From NCBI GenBank assembly GCA_944351395.1, contig CALVPP010000003.1, positions 1-52,257 of the forward strand: 52,257 bases of DNA, read 5' to 3'. This stretch comes from an uncultured Bacilli bacterium (GTDB lineage: Bacteria > Bacillota_I > Bacilli_A > RFN20 > CAG-826). Shown here piece by piece: positions 19,141 to 28,028 of this stretch. The first letter of the stretch is position 1. Each line of letters begins with the position of its first letter. Below the pieces are notes generated by a model. The model worked only from the letters and a program-made list of their open reading frames with translations, was not told where the DNA came from and did not search any database. Made by a program: the position numbers and the translations under genes.

Positions 19141-20370
19141 TCATAATTCGTCGTCCAGTTCACTATAACTACGCGTCTCGCCACCTTTTCTGTTGAGCGG
19201 GCTAACACGTATACGCTCATCTTCTAGTGTACCGCGATAGATACTCGCTGCTTTGATGAGCCCTAAACAATTGAAGTAAGAGGCATCTCTTGCTCCTAAT
19301 GATGTCGGAACGACGATGCGAACAGCATTATCAGGATATTGCTTTTCTAAATATTTGTCTAAACCGTTAAGTTTTGATGCGCCACCGACGACGATGATGG
19401 GCAACATGTAATAACGTTCGTCATATTCTTTAAGTAACGTATTCGTCGCAAGTTTTAAATCACGGACGAAATCGTCGAGCCAAGAAGCAATTTCTTTTTT
19501 AAAATCATCGAGATAAATTTTAGTTTTTGTACTCTTATTTTCGACGATAGAAATATGCGGAGAAACACGCGATTGGTCTAGACCGTAAAGTTCTTTCAAT
19601 TGACTTGCCACTTCGCTATCGATATGGAATTTATCGGCGAGATAATTCGTGAGATCATCTCCACCTTTTGATAAATAAGTTGAAGCAAATAAACGAGATT
19701 TTTCACCCATGAGAGAAATAGTCGTGAGTTTTGCACCAAAATCGAAAAGTAAATAGTTGTCTGGAATATCGCGATAAGTTTTTAACACTTCCCCTAGAGC
19801 GTAAGGTGTCACCATGAGGCGCTTGACGCGTAAGTTCGCATTTTCACAAACTTTCAGATAACCAGCGATGATAGAACGAGGCAATGTATGTACTTTAGCG
19901 TTCAAAGCTAATGAATTCGAAGTTTGACCGATAGGTGGGGTAAAAAATATTTGATTGCGATCTAAGATGAAGACGTCAGGTATGATGTCAACTATGACGT
20001 CATTCGTCTTAATTTGTTCTTTTTTCACGAGTGAGATGACGTTTGAAATGTCGATGCGTGAGATACGACTATCTTCACTCACGACGTTGGTCACCTTGTC
20101 GTTTTGATAAACTTCTAAGCCGATAGGAGGCAAACCTAAGACGACTTCAGAAATATTAATTTTTAATTTTTTTGATTCGTCTTTAATATTAGCTAAAGAT
20201 TTGAGAACGTTTGTCACTTTTTCAAAATCTCTAATTTCCCCGTCGACGACCGCACCATCTAAAGGTAAAGAATCAGCGTAAATGACGATGACTTCGTCAT
20301 CTATCACATAACCGACTAATATTTTGGCGGCTTTTGACGTTATTTCGAGGGCTGCTAAAGGTTTATCCAT
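19141..20370 (-). CDS. ftsA: Cell division protein FtsA (divergent)
   Basis: Actin-like motifs ALEITS, LLFDFGAKLT, GGDDLT, VGGASKLNGL; directly upstream of ftsZ. Confidence 0.88.
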   Translation of the reverse strand: MDKPLAALEITSKAAKILVGYVIDDEVIVIYADSLPLDGAVVDGEIRDFEKVTNVLKSLANIKDESKKLKINISEVVLGLPPIGLEVYQNDKVTNVVSEDSRISRIDISNVISLVKKEQIKTNDVIVDIIPDVFILDRNQIFFTPPIGQTSNSLALNAKVHTLPRSIIAGYLKVCENANLRVKRLMVTPYALGEVLKTYRDIPDNYLLFDFGAKLTTISLMGEKSRLFASTYLSKGGDDLTNYLADKFHIDSEVASQLKELYGLDQSRVSPHISIVENKSTKTKIYLDDFKKEIASWLDDFVRDLKLATNTLLKEYDERYYMLPIIVVGGASKLNGLDKYLEKQYPDNAVRIVVPTSLGARDASYFNCLGLIKAASIYRGTLEDERIRVSPLNRKGGETRSYSELDDEL

Positions 20371-20388
20371 AATTTTATAACTATAAAA

Positions 20389-20417
20389 ATTATAATCACT
20401 AAACTATCGACTTACAA
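20389..20417 (-). promoter_or_regulatory. Sigma-A promoter of ftsA-ftsZ
   Basis: TTGTAA-17 nt-TATAAT; short AU-rich leader without SD. Confidence 0.7.
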
Positions 20418-20474
20418 ACAAAATTTGAAGCATGGCAAAAAAACAGTTAAAAAACTACTAATTTTTAACTAATT

Positions 20475-20508
20475 AAAGATAAAAGGCTAGCGGAGGTCAC
20501 TAGCCTTT
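20475..20508 (-). terminator. Intrinsic terminator ending mraZ-rsmH-small ORF
   Basis: AAAGGCTAGTG-acctc-CGCTAGCCTTT then TATCTTT. Confidence 0.85.
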
Positions 20509-20604
20509 AATATTGAACAGACGACAGAGTAGAATGAGCAAGTTGAGTATTTAACAGGGGTTGGAGGGAGGAGAGAATGTTACTTGCAATAAAGTGAGGT
20601 ATAG
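20475..20604 (-). ncRNA. Candidate 3'-UTR-derived sRNA with a C/U-rich anti-SD loop
   Basis: GCAAG-TAACA-[TTCTCTCCTCCCTCCAACCCC]-TGTTA-bulge-CTTGC hairpin; further ACCTC motifs including the terminator loop. Confidence 0.45.
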
Positions 20605-20826
20605 TTATTCTACGCTGTCTAATGTCACAAACGATTTCAGCATTGTTTCATCGTCTACCACTTCAGCATTTTTTTCTTCATTAGCCTTAACTGCATCCAT
20701 GATAGTTACTGAAACAGGTAAGACGACGCTTAAAGAGAAGGCGAATAAAAAGACGAAAGCTATGCCAAAACTACGCATGCGGTAATAGATGGCTTTGTGA
20801 TTGAATTTGACGAGTTTATCTTTCAT
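20605..20826 (-). CDS. Small single-pass membrane protein in the ftsL position
   Basis: RBS GAGAGG before ATG 20826; 73 aa with basic N-terminus, one TM helix (FGIAFVFLFAFSLSVVLPVSV) and a short acidic tail; follows rsmH. Confidence 0.75.
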   Translation of the reverse strand: MKDKLVKFNHKAIYYRMRSFGIAFVFLFAFSLSVVLPVSVTIMDAVKANEEKNAEVVDDETMLKSFVTLDSVE

Positions 20827-20848
20827 AGCTTTTACCTCTCTTTCTTTT

Positions 20849-21829
20849 CTATAAGCGTTCGATGATACGCAATTTTGCGCTTTTAGCACGTGGATTGCGT
20901 TCTATTTCTTCATCAGTCGGGAGAATCGGCTTTTTCGTCACGAGAGCAAATGTCGGTTTTTCTACATTTTTCGGATCGATAGGTGGTCCGTTTCTCGACC
21001 CTACTACAGTCGATAAGGATTTGTAGTAAGATTTGACGATACGATCCTCCCCTGAATGGAAGGTGATGATAGCAATTCTTCCAGAAGGTTTAAGTCTTTT
21101 TGTCATGACGTCGATAGCGTCCTTAAGTGCGCTAAGTTCGTCATTGACTTCAATTCGTAAGGCTTGGAAGACTTGTTTGGCGGGATGACCGATTTTTTTA
21201 AGTTCGCGATTCGGCTTCGCGTTTTTTATTAGCTCCACTAATTGGAAAGTGGTGACTATCGGATTTTTTTCACGAACTTTGACGATGTTTCTAGCGATAC
21301 TTCTCGCATATTTTTCTTCACCATATTCTTTGAATATGCGGTTTAGTTCATCTTCGCTATAAGTGTTTACGACATCGTAAGCAGTGAGTTTTTGTCTTTG
21401 ATCCATACGCATGTCGAGTCTCGCATCGTAACGATAAGAGAATCCGCGTTCAGGATCATCAAATTGAGGAGAAGATACACCTAAATCCATGACAGCCCCA
21501 TCAATTTTCCGTACATTTAGTTCGTCTAAGATAGTGCCTATGTCTTTGAAATTAGCGTATCGAATGAGATAACGATTCTTTGATTTAGACAAAATATTCT
21601 TCGCTTCTTTAATCGCTTCATTATCACGGTCGATACCGATGAGAAGTCCATTTGGAAGATGTTCAAGAATCGCTTTGGCGTGTCCAGCTCGGCCTAACGT
21701 CAAATCGACGTAGATGCCATCTGGTTTGATGTTTAATCCAGAGATAACTTCCTTTAATAAGACTGGAACATGAGGGAGTGAGCGAGGCTTATCAGTTGAT
21801 GTCGCTTGGGAGTTTTTCAGCGTTATCAT
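20849..21829 (-). CDS. rsmH: 16S rRNA m4C1402 methyltransferase RsmH (MraW)
   Basis: HVPVLL, DLTLGRAGH, DLGVSSPQ, RGFSY, LDMRMD, FQALRIEVN, ITFHSGEDR, NPRAKSAKLR. Confidence 0.98.
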   Translation of the reverse strand: MITLKNSQATSTDKPRSLPHVPVLLKEVISGLNIKPDGIYVDLTLGRAGHAKAILEHLPNGLLIGIDRDNEAIKEAKNILSKSKNRYLIRYANFKDIGTILDELNVRKIDGAVMDLGVSSPQFDDPERGFSYRYDARLDMRMDQRQKLTAYDVVNTYSEDELNRIFKEYGEEKYARSIARNIVKVREKNPIVTTFQLVELIKNAKPNRELKKIGHPAKQVFQALRIEVNDELSALKDAIDVMTKRLKPSGRIAIITFHSGEDRIVKSYYKSLSTVVGSRNGPPIDPKNVEKPTFALVTKKPILPTDEEIERNPRAKSAKLRIIERL

Positions 21830-22223
21830 CGAAGGATTCCTCTTCGCTCTTGAGATAATTTAGCCATCTTTCGCGTGACCACACTTCTATGTGATCATAG
21901 ACGCCGATGATGGCGACGTCTTTATCGATTTGATAATCGTTAAGTACTTGGTTAGGAATTTGTACCCTCCCCTGCTTATCGACATCTAATTCGTAGACGC
22001 TTGCGAGGCTAAGACGAATAAAGTCTCTTGCACTCTTATGGTTGTAAGGTAGTTTAGATATCTCTTCCATCTTTTTATCGAAAGTCTCCTTGCGATAGAT
22101 GGAGATTGATCCTTCGTGCCCACGCATGATGTAGACGCGTAAACCAGCTTCATCTCTCATCTTGCTAGGGATGACGAGACGGCCTTTATCGTCTAGGTTA
22201 TGGAAATAGGAACCGAAGAACAT
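21792..22223 (-). CDS. mraZ: Transcriptional regulator MraZ
   Basis: Two DxxGR motifs (LDDKGRLVIP, VDKQGRVQIP), IEVW; start re-assigned to ATG 22223 (MFFG). Confidence 0.97.
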   Translation of the reverse strand: MFFGSYFHNLDDKGRLVIPSKMRDEAGLRVYIMRGHEGSISIYRKETFDKKMEEISKLPYNHKSARDFIRLSLASVYELDVDKQGRVQIPNQVLNDYQIDKDVAIIGVYDHIEVWSRERWLNYLKSEEESFDDNAEKLPSDIN

Positions 22224-22248
22224 ACCACTTTCTACCACTTTCTACCAA
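22224..22248 (-). promoter_or_regulatory. MraZ-binding direct repeats (10-bp period)
   Basis: TTGGTAGAAAGTGGTAGAAAGTGGT between promoter and ATG; matches the GTGG-type repeats bound by MraZ. Confidence 0.85.
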
Positions 22249-22257
22249 TGTATCTAA

Positions 22258-22287
22258 ATTATAGTGCCTCTTATTAGCGTTTGTAAA
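22258..22287 (-). promoter_or_regulatory. Promoter of the mraZ operon
   Basis: TTTACA-18 nt-TATAAT. Confidence 0.65.
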
Positions 22288-22329
22288 TAGCAAAAACTCG
22301 AATTTTAAATTTTATTTTTTACGCCGTAT

Positions 22330-22367
22330 AACAAAAATAGATACTTATGTATCTATCTTGTTTTTTT
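22330..22367. terminator. Terminator after pheS-pheT-yceD, possibly bidirectional
   Basis: AACAAAAATAGATAC-ttat-GTATCTATCTTGTT with flanking A/T tracts. Confidence 0.7.
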
Positions 22368-22398
22368 ATCTAATTTTTGGTTTCAAGTGGTAGAAATT

Positions 22399-22905
22399 TT
22401 ATGAATTTTCCTCATCATCGAAACTAAATTCGTCTAATGCGGACAGACGAGAATTTTTTTTCTTAATATCAGCAAATTCATCCTCGCTCAAAATCTTATA
22501 TTTTTTCAACATTTTTTTATCGATATTTGGATCGATAGGAGCATAACCCACTTCTCCTTCGATGAAAGGAAGTAAGAAAGATCCATCAAGTTCTAACTTC
22601 CCATTTTCACAATAAATAGTTTCTCCATCGTCTAAAAACTCATCGCTGAGATAAAAGGTGTCATCGCTATGTATTTCCATCGGAAAGCATTTTAAAGATA
22701 GCGAACAAGAAACGATTAATTTTGCTTTTATATCAAGATGTAATTCATAGATATTTCCACCAATATTTTTGATAGTAGCGTCAACTTTTACTTCTTTTGC
22801 TTCATTTACGCTAGAAGTAGGAAGAAGTTTATTCACCTCGTAAGCAAAATCGCTATTGATAAATAGTGGTTCATTTTTCTTAATTTGTGCAAGATGGATG
22901 ATCAT
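22399..22905 (-). CDS. YceD/DUF177 family protein
   Basis: CSLSLK (compare CxRxL), acidic core, C-terminal NSRLSALDEF (compare DPRLAxL). Confidence 0.72.
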   Translation of the reverse strand: MIIHLAQIKKNEPLFINSDFAYEVNKLLPTSSVNEAKEVKVDATIKNIGGNIYELHLDIKAKLIVSCSLSLKCFPMEIHSDDTFYLSDEFLDDGETIYCENGKLELDGSFLLPFIEGEVGYAPIDPNIDKKMLKKYKILSEDEFADIKKKNSRLSALDEFSFDDEENS

Positions 22906-22911
22906 GATTAA

Positions 22912-25311
22912 TTATCCTCTTAATTCGATGCCTAATTCCTTACGTAAGGCATATTTAATGTCATTTTCAACGCGATTTACTTCTTCGTCCACTAGCGTCT
23001 TCTTATTATCGCCGTAAGTGATAGTAATCGCTAAAGAATGATATCCGTTTGCTACACCTTCACCGAAGTAGAGATCGAATGGTTCGACATCTAAAATAAT
23101 TTGATGTCCGCTCGTCTTGATGACTTTTTTAATCATTTGATAGGTAACGTCATCTTTTACTAATAGTGCTAAATCTCTCTTCACTACTGGGAATTTATTG
23201 ATTTCTTTAAAAGTAATAGGCGAAGTCATCACTTCCAAAATAGCGCTGAGATTAAGTTCCATAACGACGATATTTTCTTTACCAAAATCGTAATCTTTCC
23301 TTAATCTTGGATACATTTCACCTAAGACACCGACGAGCCGTTTGTTAAGCTTTATTGCTGCGCTTCTACCAGGATGAAACTCTTTTTTATCACTAACTAA
23401 TCTTTCGATTTGATAACGGGAACTATCGATATGAAGTAAATCGAGGATTGCTTCTAAATACCCTTTAACAGTGAAATAGGAATAAGGCCTAACGTCCATT
23501 TTGGATTGTAATTCTTCTTTGCCAACTAAGACGACTGCTAACCTTGTTTCCTTTGTGTTTTCATCGAGATAGACATCGCTCACTTCAAAAAGCGCTAAGT
23601 CTTTGTTTTGATGTGTATAATTATAAGAAGCAGACTCTAATAATGAAGGTAGAACATTTGTTCTAATATATTCGTGTTTGTCCGTCAAAGGATGAAGAAG
23701 TTTAACGGGTTGCCAATCATTTAGATAAGACCAACTATCTTTCTTTTTCGCATCGACTAGAGAATAAGTTATACATTCATCTAATCCGCGTCCTAAGAGC
23801 AAATTACGAATATCATTAATTTTTTTCTCCTCTAATGACACACCACCAACCCGTTCAGGACCTTTAAATTCTTCCTCTTTCACGCGTGAAAAACCGACGA
23901 AGCGGATAATTTCTTCGCTGATGTCGCATGGTTCTTTTAAATCGAGACGATAATGAGGTACTTCAATATGAAGTTTTTCACCTTCTGTCTCCACTCCTAA
24001 ACTTTCTCTTTTTAATATATCTAGCACTTCTTCTAAACGTAAATTTGTGGCGAGGCGATTATTTATGTAGCTTAGTGTCGTATCAATCGCTGTCAATTCA
24101 TCCTTTTCAGTAGTGTAAGATACGATATTAGAAATCTTATTAGCGTCCGCTAATTTTTGTACCAAAGAAGCGACTAGATCTAAGACAAATTGCGATTGAA
24201 AGTGATTCGTGCCTTTGATGAAACGCGTGCTCGATTCGCTTGCTAAACCAAGGCGACGAGATGTATGCCTTATAGAAGCGTGATAAAAAGAGGCTGATTC
24301 GATAGCGATGTTTTGTGTCTTTTCATCCACTGCACAACACTTAGCACCCATGATGCCTCCTAAACACATAGTCTTGCCATCATTAGTGATGCATATATCA
24401 CCTTTTTTAACTTCGTAATGATTATCGTTTAGAGCGACGAAATCTTCTTCGATATCATCACGGGCGATGAGAGCGTGTGAATGAAGTTTATCTAAGTCAT
24501 ACATGTGGAGTGGTTGACCTGTCAAAAGCATGACATAATTTCCTATATCTACGATGTTGTTGATGCTGCGATATCCAGAAGCGAGCAAAGCGAACCTAAG
24601 TTCACGTGGTGAAGGTTTTACTTTTACTCCATTGACGATTCGTATAGCCAATTGCGGACATTTGTCCGTCTCGCTACTTACGACAAAATCAGTCTTAAAA
24701 TTTGTTAAATCATCTATTTTTAGGTCTTTAATTTTTCTATTAGCAAGTGCTGCTAATTCTTTCGCTAAGTTAATGATGGACAAACAATAACTACGTGAAG
24801 GGAGTAATTCTATATCATAGATAAAATCATCTAAACATAAGTATTTCAATACTTCTTCTTCTCCGATTGGAGCGTCTTCATCTAATTCGATAATGCCAGC
24901 ATTCTCCTCATCAGTGAGGTATTTATGTTCTATGCCTAATTCCTTATAAGAACAACACATGCCAAAGGATTTCAATCCCATGATTTTTGCTTCGTTAATT
25001 TTGCCATCTTTTAAAGAACAACCTACTCTTGCAACGACAGTGTTAAGACCTACGCGCACATTAGGCGCGCCACAAACGACATCAAATGTGCCTAGTTTAT
25101 TACCTTCGTCTACTTTAAGATAATGGAGATGGTCACTTCCTTCAACAGGGTGCACCTCTAAGATTTTCGCGATGACGAGTTTATCACCTTGTGCTAAAGG
25201 TCTATAGCCTGTCACTTCGATGCCACCTTCGCATAAGATATTTTTAATATCTTCTGGATTTAAGCCATCTAGATCGACGAAACGTCTTAATAACTTATCA
25301 CTAACTTGCAT
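22912..25311 (-). CDS. pheT: Phenylalanyl-tRNA synthetase beta subunit
   Basis: VVCGAPNV, SFGMCCS, INNIVDIGNYV..GQPLH, RLDL...DISEE, FHPGRSA, FPVVKRDLA. Confidence 0.97.
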   Translation of the reverse strand: MQVSDKLLRRFVDLDGLNPEDIKNILCEGGIEVTGYRPLAQGDKLVIAKILEVHPVEGSDHLHYLKVDEGNKLGTFDVVCGAPNVRVGLNTVVARVGCSLKDGKINEAKIMGLKSFGMCCSYKELGIEHKYLTDEENAGIIELDEDAPIGEEEVLKYLCLDDFIYDIELLPSRSYCLSIINLAKELAALANRKIKDLKIDDLTNFKTDFVVSSETDKCPQLAIRIVNGVKVKPSPRELRFALLASGYRSINNIVDIGNYVMLLTGQPLHMYDLDKLHSHALIARDDIEEDFVALNDNHYEVKKGDICITNDGKTMCLGGIMGAKCCAVDEKTQNIAIESASFYHASIRHTSRRLGLASESSTRFIKGTNHFQSQFVLDLVASLVQKLADANKISNIVSYTTEKDELTAIDTTLSYINNRLATNLRLEEVLDILKRESLGVETEGEKLHIEVPHYRLDLKEPCDISEEIIRFVGFSRVKEEEFKGPERVGGVSLEEKKINDIRNLLLGRGLDECITYSLVDAKKKDSWSYLNDWQPVKLLHPLTDKHEYIRTNVLPSLLESASYNYTHQNKDLALFEVSDVYLDENTKETRLAVVLVGKEELQSKMDVRPYSYFTVKGYLEAILDLLHIDSSRYQIERLVSDKKEFHPGRSAAIKLNKRLVGVLGEMYPRLRKDYDFGKENIVVMELNLSAILEVMTSPITFKEINKFPVVKRDLALLVKDDVTYQMIKKVIKTSGHQIILDVEPFDLYFGEGVANGYHSLAITITYGDNKKTLVDEEVNRVENDIKYALRKELGIELRG

Positions 25312-25322
25312 AACCTTACCTC

Positions 25323-26381
25323 CTACTTACGATATTCCTCTTGGAATTGTTTTAAGAAACGGACATCGTTTTGATAAAAACGACGGATGTCATCAATGCC
25401 ATAACGTAACATGGCGAGTCTTTCTACACCGACTCCAAAAGCAAAACCGCTAAAACGATGTTCGTCGTAACCACACATCCTTAAAACGTTAGGATGAACC
25501 ATGCCAGCACCTAAAACTTCGATAAACCCTGTTCCCTTGCACATATTACAACCTTTACCGTGACAGTGAGCACAACTCACATTTACTTCGAAACTCGGCT
25601 CAGTAAATGGGAAATATGATGGAACAAATTTAATCGTTCTCTTTGGGCCAAATATTTTGTGCATAAATTTTTCTAAAGTTGATTTAAGATGGGCAAGATT
25701 TATACCTTCATCTACTACTAAACATTCAATTTGCATGAATTGATGGGAGTGAGTTAAGTCGTCGTCGTCTCTTCTAAAAGTTTTTCCAGGAGCAATCATT
25801 TTAACAGGTGTGTTTGGATGTTTGAGCATAGTACGCGCTTGCACAGGAGAAGTGTGTGTACGTAACAAAGTTCTCTCATCGATATAAAAACTATCTTGCA
25901 TATCACGAGCAGGATGGTCTTTTGGTGTATTCAATAATTCAAAATTGTAATGATCATTTTCAATTTCTGGACCAGAATAGACATCATATCCTAAATCAGT
26001 GAAGAAAGAGATGATTTCATCGCGTATGAGATAAAGAGGATTTTTATGCCCTTTATAGAAATTTTCTCCTGGTAGAGAAATATCAATTTGTTCCGCTAAA
26101 AGACTAGCTTTTTCTTGTTCTTCTCTTAGAACTCTTTCTTTATTTTCATAATGCGAAAGAACATCGTTTTTTACTTCATTAATGAACGCGCCAAGAGCTT
26201 TTTTCTCCTCTACTGGTGCTGTTCTAATAAGTTGATTAAGAGATTCTAATGCTTCGCTCATGAACTTCGATTTTTTACCAAGCTCACTATTTTTGACTTC
26301 GATTAATTCTTTCATGTCTTTTGCTACATCAATTTTTTCTTTAATACTAGCTAATAAAGATAAGATTTCCGCTCTTTCCAT
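25323..26381 (-). CDS. pheS: Phenylalanyl-tRNA synthetase alpha subunit
   Basis: HPARDMQDSF, LLRTHTS, HSHQFMQ, YFPFTEPS, GFAFGVGVER. Confidence 0.99.
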   Translation of the reverse strand: MERAEILSLLASIKEKIDVAKDMKELIEVKNSELGKKSKFMSEALESLNQLIRTAPVEEKKALGAFINEVKNDVLSHYENKERVLREEQEKASLLAEQIDISLPGENFYKGHKNPLYLIRDEIISFFTDLGYDVYSGPEIENDHYNFELLNTPKDHPARDMQDSFYIDERTLLRTHTSPVQARTMLKHPNTPVKMIAPGKTFRRDDDDLTHSHQFMQIECLVVDEGINLAHLKSTLEKFMHKIFGPKRTIKFVPSYFPFTEPSFEVNVSCAHCHGKGCNMCKGTGFIEVLGAGMVHPNVLRMCGYDEHRFSGFAFGVGVERLAMLRYGIDDIRRFYQNDVRFLKQFQEEYRK

Positions 26382-26384
26382 GAT

Positions 26385-26630
26385 TGGACCCCCTTAAAAA
26401 ATAAAAAGATGATGCCTAAGGGCGAAAGCGATGAACTTCCGCGGTACCACCTTACTTCGTACATCGTCATGAATGCGATGCACCTTCATTATTCCTATAA
26501 CGCAGGAGACGGGATGACATTTCATCCATGCTAAGAGGTGAATTCACTAGGCTTTCCTTAGATGTTCTCACTCACTCATCTATCCCTTTGAAGAAAGTGA
26601 TCTAGTTACTACTTCTCTTTTAAAACGCAA
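26385..26630 (-). promoter_or_regulatory. T-box riboswitch (Phe, UUC specifier)
   Basis: AAGGTGGTACCGCG at 26440-26453; antiterminator GCGGAAG/CTTTCGC and AAGG/CCTT; specifier gaaTTCa at 26540-26542. Confidence 0.95.
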
Positions 26631-26634
26631 CTAA

Positions 26635-26663
26635 ATTATGAAAGATATTTATCTTTTTGTAAA
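26635..26663 (-). promoter_or_regulatory. Promoter of the pheS leader
   Basis: TTTACA-17 nt-CATAAT immediately upstream of Stem I. Confidence 0.6.
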
Positions 26664-26682
26664 TAGAAACTCCTTCAAACGG

Positions 26683-27429
26683 TCAAGAATTGAGTTTATC
26701 TAAACAAAATAATGTTATCGCTGATGCACTAGCGACATTTAAAGAATCGATGTTTTTTATATTTATTTTGATACGCAAATCCGCTAAAGCATCGATGTTT
26801 CCATTAACGCCGTGTCCTTCATTAGAAAAGACGATGACAAACTTAGAATTTATCTTTTTTACTGCACTCTCTAAATCGATACTATCTTTTCCTAAAGTTG
26901 TAACGATAATTTTATATCCAATTTTTTTAAGATTTTTTAAGTAACTTATATCAACTTTTCTAAAATCGAGATGGAATAAAGCACCTTCACTCGCCTGAAT
27001 GACTTTACTATTCGTCCATTTAGCAGTATCGCCAAAAGAATAAACATGTTTAAAAGAGAACGCTAAAGCGTTGCGATAAATAGTGCCAACATTGCCTGGA
27101 TCTTGTACGTTATCTAGTAAGACAATATTTTCGTCATTCAAAGGGTATTCTGGTTCATCAAGTGCAACTACCCCTATCGCTCCACTAGGAGAAACATGGG
27201 CGGATAATAACTTAATAATATCTTCGCTAACTAAAGTATTGGTAACATCGCTAAATTCTTCCATTTTTTCTAGACAAATAATCTCTTTTAAAAGTCCTGA
27301 TTGATGTGCCATCCTAATCGAATTTAAACCGCTCACTAATGTGAGATTGTCGTCATTCTTCCCTTCTTTTATAAGTCTAAGTTGTTTAATATGCTCGTTT
27401 TTTCGTGAAGTGATTCGTATTTCTTTCAT
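26683..27429 (-). CDS. TrmH/SpoU-family RNA 2'-O-methyltransferase
   Basis: LDNVQDPGNVGTIYR, SEGA, NEGHGV, DSLNVASA; upstream of pheS like B. subtilis ysgA. Confidence 0.92.
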   Translation of the reverse strand: MKEIRITSRKNEHIKQLRLIKEGKNDDNLTLVSGLNSIRMAHQSGLLKEIICLEKMEEFSDVTNTLVSEDIIKLLSAHVSPSGAIGVVALDEPEYPLNDENIVLLDNVQDPGNVGTIYRNALAFSFKHVYSFGDTAKWTNSKVIQASEGALFHLDFRKVDISYLKNLKKIGYKIIVTTLGKDSIDLESAVKKINSKFVIVFSNEGHGVNGNIDALADLRIKINIKNIDSLNVASASAITLFCLDKLNS

Positions 27430-28028
27430 TCGTAAATACCTCTTAAAATTTTATGCCTTAACGACTTATAGTCTGGACAGTATGACAATAATATACGATA
27501 GAAATTGGATGAATGGTCAAAATAAAAATAGTGAGTTAGTTCATGATATATGACGCTGTCGATGATAGGTTGGCTATAATGCACTAGTTTCAAAGCTAAA
27601 GTGATCGTATTCGTCCGACGGGAATTAGAACCTAATCGCGTTGCTACATCTTTAATTTTAAGTTTATATTGTAATGGTATATGCATCTCCGCTTCTAACT
27701 CACGGAGCCTTCTATTAGCATACTTATAAAGTTCATCTTTCAAATCAACCTTACACGCGTCTTTATCAAATTGAAGCGGCATCGTCTCTTTCTTTCCAAA
27801 AAAATAGATGTAATCATCACCAATAGGAGGTTCCTTAATGCACCTTTTCATGAGACGTGCCGCATGCTTATCGAGAAGGTTAACTATAGACTTTTGAGTT
27901 GTTAAATATGGTGCAGATATATGAAAGGCTCCATTTTTAAAGCGGATGTAAATGGCCTTAATTCGCTTGTACGTAATGTGCGCTTCATAGGTGGTATCAC
28001 CAATTTTTACAACTATCGTTTTTTTCAT
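27426..28028 (-). CDS. YgjP/DUF45-like HExxH zinc metallohydrolase
   Basis: RLGSNS, IDSVIYHELTH..FDHSSNFY. Confidence 0.88.
   Translation of the reverse strand: MKKTIVVKIGDTTYEAHITYKRIKAIYIRFKNGAFHISAPYLTTQKSIVNLLDKHAARLMKRCIKEPPIGDDYIYFFGKKETMPLQFDKDACKVDLKDELYKYANRRLRELEAEMHIPLQYKLKIKDVATRLGSNSRRTNTITLALKLVHYSQPIIDSVIYHELTHYFYFDHSSNFYRILLSYCPDYKSLRHKILRGIYE

Noticed and set aside
20561-20785. 74-aa plus-strand ORF
   Set aside because: TTG start without a properly spaced SD; antisense to the TM gene, which has an RBS and sensible synteny
20475-20826. Type I toxin-antitoxin reading of the small TM ORF plus adjacent RNA
   Set aside because: The ORF is operonic in the ftsL slot and longer than typical type I toxins; no convincing convergent antisense promoter-terminator pair
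22224-22238. mraZ N-terminal extension MVESG from the ORF track
   Set aside because: It is just the operator repeat read in frame; ATG 22223 (MFFG) matches the usual MraZ start
22290-22398. rpmF expected after yceD
   Set aside because: The spacer is too short and holds a terminator; no L32-like ORF seen
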